The notes under the pieces were generated by a model. It searched no databases and had not been told where the DNA came from. It saw only the letters and a list, made by a program, of their open reading frames with translations. From contig JBDOQK010000032.1 in NCBI GenBank assembly GCA_040437565.1, forward strand, positions 310,001 to 374,000: 64,000 bases of DNA, in the 5' to 3' direction. The position numbers and the translations under genes were made by a program. This DNA comes from Albugo candida. Lineage: Eukaryota. Shown here one piece after another: positions 24,768 to 35,472 of this stretch (position 1 is the first letter of the stretch; every line of letters starts with the position of its first letter).

Positions 24768-25703
24768 ATGGACGACAACTTACGGCGTACGCTGCAAGTC
24801 TCGGTCAGCTCCGAACAGACTACATCCACTCCTAAAGTCAAAGAAAATGAGGCCGCACAAACGTCGGAGCAAAACCAAAATCTCCCGGTTATTTTAGGCG
24901 CTGCCGGAGCAGTGCTTATCATCCTCGCAGCTTTACTGTATATATTTTGGATGAAGCGCAAACGGGATGCTCCGGGAAGTCAAGAGAACAATTTCAAGCA
25001 CAAAGATTTGGCCACCAAAATGACAACCACTCCACATGACGTCATTCCCACATTGAGTGCGACTGCGACATCGTATCGAGATATAAACGAGAACAAAAAA
25101 TGGAATGGGCAAAAGTCGACTGCATCAACAGCTCAAGAAATGCAAAGTTCACTTGTTCACGTTCAGTCAGGAGCAGGAAGGACTTTAGACACGAAATATG
25201 GGCACCCGCAGCGTTTTAGAGATGCTAAGGAAATTCCTGTCGCTGCAAAACCTTCTTGGATTGCTGACTTTACATCTCACCAACCAAGCGCACTATCTCC
25301 ACGTGTTTCCTCGGTGTCTTCAATGAATGCTACTCCCAACTATCTGGGAGCTACTCAAATTGCGATGGCGGCAGCTATCAATGCTGGAGTGCATGTTGGA
25401 GGTGAGGAATTCAAGCTCCATTTGGATCACGATGTGGACGATCAAGGTCTATCGGATGATGACGAGTATTTTTTTGATCGCCCTGGATCAATTGCTTCGG
25501 ACCGCTTCAGTTCCATTAAGCTAGATCAAGACCGTATGAGCGAGAGAGATTCTTCAGTGTATCACCATTCCACATCCTTTTGCTCGGATGTATTTTCCGT
25601 TCGATCCTCAGTAACCAACGATGACGCTGATATTTATGAAGGAAGTCTCTCGTTTTCCGTAACGGAAGGAAGACCGAGCACCCGTCTATCAACTGAATTC
25701 TAA
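24768..25703 (+). CDS. Hypothetical single-pass membrane protein with Ser/Asp-rich cytoplasmic tail
   Basis: 311-aa ORF; hydrophobic LPVILGAAGAVLIILAALLYIFW followed by MKRKR. Upstream exons are possible. Confidence 0.7.
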   Translation: MDDNLRRTLQVSVSSEQTTSTPKVKENEAAQTSEQNQNLPVILGAAGAVLIILAALLYIFWMKRKRDAPGSQENNFKHKDLATKMTTTPHDVIPTLSATATSYRDINENKKWNGQKSTASTAQEMQSSLVHVQSGAGRTLDTKYGHPQRFRDAKEIPVAAKPSWIADFTSHQPSALSPRVSSVSSMNATPNYLGATQIAMAAAINAGVHVGGEEFKLHLDHDVDDQGLSDDDEYFFDRPGSIASDRFSSIKLDQDRMSERDSSVYHHSTSFCSDVFSVRSSVTNDDADIYEGSLSFSVTEGRPSTRLSTEF

Positions 25704-26077
25704 CCAATCCGGAGTGATATTATCTGTATATCGTGTGTAGTGTTTGATGAAACGATATCATTCAACCAATCAAAGGTGTGCAATTGGTGTATACTCCATG
25801 TGTAGTAGCTGCTTGGAACCGAATCGAATCGTTCCCCGTGGATTTTTTATTAAGCGAATGCTGACATTTTCCATGTATGATTACTCAGTATTTTTTTCAT
25901 TGGTTGTTCCTTCTATTCTATGCTTATAATACCTGAACAAATTCATACAATCCATACTTCACTATACAAATGAACTGTCGCCCTACTGAATCAACTTCGT
26001 TTCTTGTCTTATTACAGCCTAGTCAATCCGTTGAGCTCGATATTGAAAAAAAGAGCACATGAGAGAGAAGTAATTAC

Positions 26078-27610
26078 TTATTTAACCTTGCTGAACTCTG
26101 CTTGGATTTCATCGATTGTCTTCCCCGAAGTCTCAGGAAGAGTGTAATAGATAAAGACCCCGAAAAAGCCCAAAGTTCCAACAAAAGGAACGAATCCATA
26201 GTCTTTCAAAGCAGCAGCAATGAACGGATACGCGATACCAACGCAGAGATTGCATGCCCAATTGACAACGAGACATATGGATTGAGCATTGGCACGAACG
26301 TGGTCTGGGAAAACCTCGGCTGTGATTCCCCAAACAAGCGGACCTAGACTGCAGGAAAACGCCGTCACGTAGAGCGCCGTGAAAACAATTGTGAGCATAC
26401 TGACGTTGATGAGCAAAGCTACCGTCATTCCGATGGCACTCAAAAACATGCAGAATATCCCACACAAGAGTAGAACACGCTTCTTGAACTTGCTCAATAA
26501 GTATCCGGTCATGAATGTCGGAAGTGCGTTGACCGTGTCAACAATTAAGTTTCCTACCCGAACATCTTTCAATCCAGCTCTTTTGAAAATATCGGAAGAG
26601 TAGAAGAAAACAGCGTTGATTCCTGATAATTGCTGTGCTGCTGAGCATCCTAAGGCCACGATCAGCTGAGGCCAGTAAAATCGGAACACGTCAATGAGGG
26701 ACATTTCGACTTTGGTTGTGTCATACGGACGAGTTGATTTACACGATCGTCGTGTGATCTGCCCGTTCTCGTCGTATTGAACCAGGTCATTGTCGGATTC
26801 CAAATCCTGATCCTTCTTTTCGATCCATTTCAGTGCAGTTTTGATATTTTCACGTCCAAAAAGTCGACCCAGTTCATTATGTGCTTTTTCTACATGTCCA
26901 TTCGCTAATAGCCAGCTCGGTGACTCCACCATGTAAATCGGCGCCACTAAGAAATTCAGTGCACCAATAATTGTCGGAATTCCCGCATTGATTCGCCATC
27001 CAAGCTCCGTTCCAGCAAAGTAAAACGTGCAAGAGACGATAAAGATACCAGTAACAATGGATACTTGAATGCACGAGGATAACGCCCCACGTAGATGAGG
27101 AGGAGAAATTTCGCTCAAATAACTTCCCAGTACCGCTGTACCAGCACCAGACGCGATTCCGGCGATGAAACGACCAGCAGCGAAAAGCCATACATTCTGG
27201 GCTATTGCTTGAAGCACCGATCCAATCATCATAACGACAGCATTCATCTGCAACATTCTTCGTCGTCCCAACTTATCTGCCGGATAGCTGGACCCTAGAC
27301 TTCCAAACATTCCTCCCAATACCCAAGCATTCACCATCAATGTCCAATGCAATTGTGTGTGCCCTGGAAACAAGACACATGTTCCAGGAACAACGGGTTT
27401 GGCGGCACAAGTGGCTTCGTCATGATATGGAGTGTAGTTGATTTGAGACACAGACCATCCATACTGGAAACCTTGCATCAAGGAGATGATGGTACTAAAG
27501 TATAAAATCAAACGAGGTTTGAGCTCTTGCTTTGCGGAATCTTTCTCTTTGATGTGGGGCGTGTGGCTGTGGTCGTAGTGAGCGCTCGCACCTGTTGAAT
27601 GAGGAGCCAT
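26078..27610 (-). CDS. MFS sugar porter (GLUT-like hexose transporter)
   Basis: DKLGRR, SEISPPHLRG, ESPSWL, QQLSGINAVFFYS and PETSGKT; about 12 TM helices. Confidence 0.95.
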   Translation of the reverse strand: MAPHSTGASAHYDHSHTPHIKEKDSAKQELKPRLILYFSTIISLMQGFQYGWSVSQINYTPYHDEATCAAKPVVPGTCVLFPGHTQLHWTLMVNAWVLGGMFGSLGSSYPADKLGRRRMLQMNAVVMMIGSVLQAIAQNVWLFAAGRFIAGIASGAGTAVLGSYLSEISPPHLRGALSSCIQVSIVTGIFIVSCTFYFAGTELGWRINAGIPTIIGALNFLVAPIYMVESPSWLLANGHVEKAHNELGRLFGRENIKTALKWIEKKDQDLESDNDLVQYDENGQITRRSCKSTRPYDTTKVEMSLIDVFRFYWPQLIVALGCSAAQQLSGINAVFFYSSDIFKRAGLKDVRVGNLIVDTVNALPTFMTGYLLSKFKKRVLLLCGIFCMFLSAIGMTVALLINVSMLTIVFTALYVTAFSCSLGPLVWGITAEVFPDHVRANAQSICLVVNWACNLCVGIAYPFIAAALKDYGFVPFVGTLGFFGVFIYYTLPETSGKTIDEIQAEFSKVK

Positions 27611-28291
27611 TTTTTTTGTCCTCTGTCCTTGTGATTTTTATTGAGTGTGCCGGATGAGGAAAGATCAGAAATGATTGTCAAAATTTAAAAGATTTGGTCC
27701 AAATAATGTCCCAATGTCCCACTTTCACTTCTCAACATCAACGTGGATTTTCGCTTGATTATTACCTTTCCTCACGTGGTTCATTTTCCGTGAGAAATAC
27801 TTCAATGAGAGAGTAGTGCTTTTGTTCCCAAGTTGCATTCCGAGAATGATGGAATGTTGGTATAGCCCGTTATTATGGATATCCTGTGTAAGCCGATGTT
27901 TGCACAGCGAAGTGAGTACTNNNNNNNNNNNNNNNNNNNNNNNNNNNNNNNNNNNNNNNNNNNNNNNNNNNNNNNNNNNNNNNNNNNNNNNNNNNNNNNN
28001 NNNNNNNNNNNNNNNNNNNNGTAAGCCGATGTTTGCACAGCGAAGTGAGTACTATTAAAACTTGTTTTTATTGATACATTATCATAACTAATGGGATAGC
28101 TTGTAGTTGGACTTGACTTGTTCAACCCCTTCCACATCATCATTTAATAGAACTGAAAGGCGCACGTATCGGCAAAGTTGTTACGATAGCTCCGTACATT
28201 TTGGCTTACAATGATTTCAGTAACTATATTTATTGCAGACGCTTTGATGCAATTTAGACGCTTCGAAAACGATACGAATTCTGTTCACTAA

Positions 28292-29656
28292 TTACTTGGC
28301 ATTCTCTCCTTTCAAAAGCGTGAGTTCTTCTTCCACGTATCGCGCAAAATCGTGTGGATCCACACCAACACTCTCATCAATGGATATATCCCAATGCAAT
28401 TCGTCTCCAACAGTGAGAACTAAGACACCAAGATTCAGATTTGGTGGCGGTGGAACAAACGCATGCAATTCGACCATTTTGTGCTTTGCAAACGAGCACG
28501 ACAATGCGCCTGCATTCACATTAGAAATCGCAAGCGTGAGTTTCGATCCAGCATAGTACGTCATTGGTTTCAATATAGTTTCGGGTAAGTACGAGAACGC
28601 CTGAAGCGAGCAATAGAGGAAATACTTTGCCCAAGAATGTTTCATATCACTCATTTTATGTTTGATACATAAAAGTCGGTCAATTGGATTGGAAATTCCC
28701 ACTGGAAAGTCGATAATAAACGAAGAGAATTTGTTGCAAGTTTCTTGGATCTCTTCTGTGCTTGAGCGTATGTTGACGGGAATGGCAGCCCGGAGAACCA
28801 GTTTATCTGATACGGATCCCTTTAACAAAAGTGCTTTTCGTATTGCACCTGCCACACAACTCAAAGTGGTATCATTGATCGTTGCGTTATGCCGCTTTGC
28901 AACTGCTTTAATGTCCATTACTTTGAAGTTCTTTGTGGATGAAAGTCTCCTCATTCCGGTTCCAGGACGATTAAATATCGTTTGAGGCTCTGACCGGAAG
29001 CACAATGCCAATAAAAAATGCAGAACAAGCCGGAAGGTTCTGGATAGGTACACCAGAAGATGGAAGATGCGTCCGACAGCGACACGAATGTTCATGCTTT
29101 TCTTCGAAGATCGCTGTAGGCGTTCAAGCTTGGCCAAATTCGCTTCAATAGCTTCCCGTTGATCACTCAGTTTTGCAAGCATCAGCATCGAGGACATTCC
29201 GTCGCCCAGACAGTGATGAGCTTTCATGCACAATACCGAATGACTTGGTCGTTCTGTCGACTCTTTTCGGTCTTGCAACAAATGAAATTCCCATAAAGGT
29301 TTCGACTCATCTAACGGCTGATTCCGTGCGGCTTCGACTGCTTCAAGCACCGATTCTGACTCGAGATGATGTGAAAAGATATGTTTGGAAACATCAAAAT
29401 CTGGAATTTCCACGTAAGATCTGGCATCACGAACCACCACGGATCGAAATCGAATGAGAAATGGATCTTGAATGACTTTTTCAACGATTTCTATTGCCTC
29501 TTTTCGCGTCAATATACTTTAACATAGAGTTTGATTATTGGAGCACTTGCGGTATAAAAGAAGCGCGTCGTACCCTTCTAAAACCATATAAGTCACAGGA
29601 ACGGACGGATTCGATTTCGTCTCTGTGATCAGAGTAGTCAATCCGATATTGCTCAT
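28292..29656 (-). CDS. Wax ester synthase/diacylglycerol acyltransferase (WS/DGAT)
   Basis: HHCLGDG catalytic motif, PLDESKPLWEFH, ATINDT and ISNV; short exon 1 (MSNIGLTT...) then an intron at ~29520-29573. Confidence 0.88.
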
Positions 29657-29935
29657 TTTTCGAGAGGCTAAAATGGTTCGAAATGTTACACAGAAATATC
29701 TGCCAAATTCAGCCCGTACCTCTCGCATTCGATCTTCCCTCACTATTTAAGAGAATAGTGATTTTGCGGCGATTCTCAAGATACGTATAGAGCGCCCATC
29801 CGACAAGTACAGCAAGCGGTGTGAAGAAAAGAAATTGATAGTTATTTTCGTATATCAAAATCGAAGCATTCGTCATTGTGCGATCCCCTCGATTGACTTT
29901 ACTGAATTGCGACGGTACTTATATCCAAAGTCAAA

Positions 29936-32040
29936 ATGGAAAATGAGGTATCCACTGCGATAAGTTTTCACGATATCAAGTACATTGTTACTGTTGCAGT
30001 GCATCAACAACAATTATCCGTACAAGTAGAATATGAAGATTCACATAATACTCTTTCTTCATCGTCTAACTCGTATCCTAATGCGTTATCGACTCCATGC
30101 TGGATCGGGCATTTTTCGAGCAACTGTAAGAATTGCTACACCTCTATGTCGTTATGTTATAAAGTAATATCGATTATAGATATTCAGGATCTCACGCGCA
30201 AAACTGGAAACTTTAAGCGCTTTGGAGTTTTCGCAAATATGCTCATTTCAGCGGTACAGCGGCGAAGCGAAGCAGTTTTTATCGATCTCTTTACGACGGC
30301 TGATCTGGTACATCCATTATTTTTCCCTGATAGTCAATTCTCTAGACCGAAATCCGTGTTATAGGAGCGCTTTCGTTTGCAAAAGCTCGGTAACCGATCA
30401 ATACCGATTCCTTCATGGCCGACGGATCTCTCTGCACGCGAGAATTCGGATTCTAAACGATACTTGATCCTCACATATGCTGTAGAATTCGATCGGGTGC
30501 ACTATCCACTGCCGCTGTGCCACGTTGAAGCTCCCGATACCGAGATTTTGGAGCGAATTGTTAGAAGATTGAGGAGACAACTACACGACATTACAACCGA
30601 AGAGACCACGACTTTGAGGAGAAAGATTGCTGTTTTGGAAGACGAGAACCGCAGCTTCAAAGCGTTAGCAGAAAAATCGTCAGAGAAGAATACACAAGGG
30701 GCTCCGGATCCTCCACAGAAAGAAAACTTTCAGCTGAAAGAACTCGAATTGGAGCTGCAAACGATGAAAGAGGAGAATCACGAGTTGATGGAAGCACATA
30801 CACAATTGCAAAGACGCTCTCAGGAAGATCTTTTACAACTCAAAAGAGAATTACAGTAAGAAAATCGTGGAAGCAGTAGAGCCCTTGACCGCTCTATACG
30901 CACAGGTTGCTTCAAACTCAACGACAGACAGATCGAATGGAATCGGAGCGTCCAAAGGCGGCCACCATGGAGAATGATGATACAAAGACACTTGTAAGAG
31001 TAGTTTTTCAGGATGCAGATGGACTTTATTGTTATGTCAAATAGGAATTCCTGAGCTTAACGCTAGAAGAAACACGATCCGAGCTCAAGCAAACGCGGCA
31101 TCAGATGCTTGAAATCGATCAACTGAACCGAGAACTAAAACGTCAGCTCGCAATAGCGCATACCAAACTCACACAATCCAAATCTGGAGGAACTGCTGCT
31201 TTGAGACCTCAGAAAACACAATTGCGATCAAGACGTTTCATAGACCCGGAAGACAGCGATGAAAGTGAATCATGCAAGACTCCTGGTCTATCTTCAGCCA
31301 GATCCAAACCTTCATTTCGTCGCTTTGATCCGACTGCGTATCATCGCGAAAGACAACAACGAATGGAAGCGAGACGACAACTGACACCTGGAATCCCCAC
31401 ACGCTCCACTTCCCATCTCAGAACCGGATACTCTTCCGGCCATTCGCATCACGGTTCTGAATATACTTCAGCTTCCTCGCAAGACTCGGACAGTTGTATC
31501 CGATCCAGCCGCTCACGTCGACGATCCACTCGTTCACAACTCATCGCACGTCAACGAGAATCCGTCGAACGACTCTCTTCACCCAAAATAAAAGCTTGTT
31601 TGCCTCCACGATCCAGCTCAGTCGATCGTAAGCGAGTAATTGCAGGAAGACGACCACCATTTGGATCGCGTGCATGCAGTCAGTCGAGTCTGGATTCAGA
31701 TACGGCAAGTGCATCGGAAATGAAGATAAGAGGAACCACCACATCTCATCGGCGTGCAAATACCAAACGGCTGACGGAAGCTCGTCCTGCTCCTGTTTTA
31801 AAAGCGGCTCAAGATGCAATCTGGACGAAAAAACCATCCACTCGCGCTGTGGTGAAAGAATCGTCAGACTCTGTTCAGCTCGCAGATACGTCTGTGGACT
31901 CGTTTAGCGATATTGATGAGCGACTGAAAGCACTGCAGAACTTTCTTCGTCAGGCAAAAGAACGAGGGAGGCCTTCAACAAGCGAAGCCTCAACTGCGAG
32001 CACAAATGCTATGGAGAACATGCCTCCATGTGGAGCTTGA
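29936..32040 (+). CDS. CCDC61: CCDC61/VFL3 centriolar coiled-coil protein
   Basis: Multi-exon; DLTRKTGNFKRF, KRYLILTYAVEFDRVHYPLPL, FRRFDPTAY and IDERLKALQNF. Confidence 0.88.
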
Positions 32041-32069
32041 GCACAGTTTATCACATTGTCGTCAATAAG

Positions 32070-33912
32070 TTAATCGCTGTCGACTTGTTCTTTGAGAATG
32101 TGCCAGGTGGTAACCTGTGAAAAGGAAGAGCACGTGTCATCATACTGTGAGTTCCATTGAATAGACGAATTGTCTCGAGCGCATTCCATCCAGATTGCTT
32201 CTCCGGAATGAGTCATGCTCGACGCAACAAAGCTTTTCGGACACTTGGTAGCTTCTCTGGGCGTCGAAGTCTCCCAGTAGAACGATTCATTCAAAAGCAT
32301 CGGAATTCCCCTCTCGACTGAGGATGATTGCCGACGTTTTGGGGAAGGGCACAAAAGACATTCAATCACGTCGTCTCTCATTGCAGCTTGTTCTGCATCG
32401 AGAAGCATTACATCAAGCCCTGTCGATTCACAGGTATCAGATTCCATATTCACCTGGTGGAATGGATAATGAAACTCAAAAGCCCGAGTATTCAACTGAC
32501 AAGACGACTCATCTTGCACTCTGTCGTCTTTGAAAGCAGCAGAGAAGGCCATTTTCTGTGCCGCTCGTTGCTGCTTTTGAAGATATTTTTGTGCGTGCGT
32601 TCGGATCTGCACGAGCGTTCGAGTGGAGACGAGCTTTGAGATCTTTTTCCAAGACTTTCCATACAATTTGAGACCGTGAAGGAAAAGCTCATGTTCACGC
32701 TTACTCCATCGACCGATGTGCGTATTAGCGGTTACATTATTGGGTGTGGTTGGAATTGAGCGAGCGCTTTGCTTTGAAACCAGATGGGAAGCGTTCGAGA
32801 TTGACTCGGAAGGAAACCGATGCGCTTCATCCAGAATGCATGTTGATCCCGGTCCGGTTACTTGCTGGCTCGTGTCGAGAACTGAACCGTGCAGTTGGTC
32901 TTCCAATTGTGTATCGAGATCGAGATCGATGGGAATGCTGCATAGATCTGTTGGAAGATAAGAGCTATCAAATGGGTATCCATCAACCTCAGTGAGGAAT
33001 GGAAGCTTCCAGCTTGGTGGTTGTCGGCTTGTAGCCCATTGAGCTGTTGCGAATTCACTGTTCAGTATCCGCTTTTGTTCGTCCGTCATGCAGCATTCAA
33101 TACTGAAGAACAGTGCGTCAAGTAAGGAAGCACNNNNNNNNNNNNNNNNNNNNNNNNNNNNNNNNNNNNNNNNNNNNNNNNNNNNNNNNNNNNNNNNNNN
33201 NNNNNNNNNNNNNNNNNNNNNNNNNNNNNNNNNCATCAAGCCCTGTCGATTCACAGGTATCAGATTCCATATTCACCTGGTGGAATGGATAATGAAACTC
33301 AAAAGCCCGAGTATTCAACTGACAAGACGACTCATCTTGCACTCTGTCGTCTTTGAAAGCAGCAGAGAAGGCCATTTTCTGTGCCGCTCGTTGCTGCTTT
33401 TGAAGATATTTTTGTGCGTGCGTTCGGATCTGCACGAGCGTTCGAGTGGAGACGAGCTTTGAGATCTTTTTCCAAGACTTTCCATACAATTTGAGACCGT
33501 GAAGGAAAAGCTCATGTTCACGCTTACTCCATCGACCGATGTGCGTATTAGCGGTTACATTATTGGGTGTGGTTGGAATTGAGCGAGCGCTTTGCTTTGA
33601 AACCAGATGGGAAGCGTTCGAGATTGACTCGGAAGGAAACCGATGCGCTTCATCCAGAATGCATGTTGATCCCGGTCCGGTTACTTGCTGGCTCGTGTCG
33701 AGAACTGAACCGTGCAGTTGGTCTTCCAATTGTGTATCGAGATCGAGATCGATGGGAATGCTGCATAGATCTGTTGGAAGATAAGAGCTATCAAATGGGT
33801 ATCCATCAACCTCAGTGAGGAATGGAAGCTTCCAGCTTGGTGGTTGTCGGCTTGTAGCCCATTGAGCTGTTGCGAATTCACTGTTCAGTATCCGCTTTTG
33901 TTCGTCCGTCAT
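32070..33912 (-). CDS. Myb-like (SHAQKY-class) transcription factor; middle duplicated across a gap
   Basis: GRWSKREHELFLHGLKLYGKSWKKISKLVSTRTLVQIRTHAQKY; 32411-33133 is duplicated at 33234-33956, so this is one gene. Confidence 0.88.
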
Positions 33913-34499
33913 GCAGCATTCAATACTGAAGAACAGTGCGTCAAGTAAGGAAGCACCAAGTGCTTGGCTTTTGTTATGAAATGACAGTGCGGTGCATTTT
34001 TGGCAATGACGTCGCTGGAAATAGAAACAGACAAAGATAGAGACAGATGCGATGTATACTTATTTTCAGAATTGTACTCGGTATTCCCGTACTTTGTTAA
34101 GTACGACCTCATGCAATGAGAATTTATCAAAATATAGCGAACGTCTATTTGAAGCGATGAATCTGCGCATATATCGTTATAGCTCAATAAATCGTGTCAT
34201 AATCCCTCCTGTAACAGCAGTAGTTCTGCATCAGTTCCTTTCCCCTCCACGTAGTAGTAAATAGTGTTTCAATTAATATCAGTACGCCATTGCATAATTC
34301 AACGCTTAAGACGCTTTTCAGACACGCTAATTGCACATAGTCGATCGCCTATTTCCCATAGCTACATAGAGCGTACGATCGAGAATGAGTGCAAGGCGGC
34401 AAGCGATCGTAATGCAACTCAATGTTACAATCTTTTTAATCCAGTAAAATCGACCGTTCCTATTTTTATCCAATGTATCAATGGAACGAAATGAAGATA

Positions 34500-35396
34500 A
34501 TGGATCCAGCTAAAAATGCTTCGTCCATCGCGTACACAAAACCGCTCTATCCGCCTCGATTGATGGTCGACTTTACAAAGATCGGTGTACGTTCATAAAG
34601 CCTTTGCATTCCTCCACTGATCCTTTCTTCCACACAGAGAGAAACATTAGAAAAGTATGCGCATATGTACCATTTGGATCTGTCCATTTACGAGTCGTAC
34701 GGCAAAGAGGAGCTGGCAGCATTAGTAGCGCGTCATTTTGACAGTTCATTGAATGTCGATGAGGAAGACTCCATTATTTCTTTCATTCAGCGCGTTCGGA
34801 ATGGCGAGAAATGTAATGGAATTCGATTGAATGAGAAAAAAGAAAAAAAGAGCTCAAGCCGAAAACGTCAGCGAGAAGACTCGATCACGGAATACCCCTC
34901 CAGTTACCCAATTTTGGCAAAAAGTCTGGGTGGAATCGGAAGCGGATTATCGAGTTTGGGCGGTGTGATCGCCGCCGATGGAGCCTACGGTGAGGAATTC
35001 GCGCCAAGGGGCCGCGAAATAAGCGATTCGATCCCTTCTCGTGCATCCTTTCCACACTCAAATAAGCAGATTGAATATTCCGGTGGCGTTTTGACCAATC
35101 TGTCAAAAAAAGGGGATAAAAAATCCGGTCGAAGTGTTTTATCCGCTGCAGAGGAAGACAACGATCTTTATTGCATTTGCAGTCGTCCAAGTTATGGAAA
35201 TATGATCGCTTGCGATGGAAAGAAGTGTCCGAATCCGTCACAATGGTACCATTTGGAATGTGTCGGCCTCGGTGATGGACGTCACCCCAACACGTGGTTC
35301 TGCCCCGAATGCGATCCAAAAGGGTTTACAGCCATGATGAACAAGAAAAAGAAGAGTAAAGCATCACGTTCGAAATCACCCGGCGCTATGAAATAG
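34500..35396 (+). CDS. SAP30 Sin3-binding-like domain fused to an ING-type PHD finger
   Basis: Exon 34500-34586, intron 34587-34637. VDFTKIG|RETLEKY...KEELAALVARHF...VDEEDSIISFI, then YCICSRPSYGNMIACD..C...WYHLECVGL...WFCPEC. Confidence 0.8.
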
Positions 35397-35472
35397 GTCG
35401 TTTTGCTAGAACTATAGGAAATATGCACAATATATATTCATGGTCACCGTTTTCTCAAATATGCGAACTCTA

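Noticed and set aside
32411-33956. Two Myb genes
   Set aside because: Gap-flanking duplication of a single gene.
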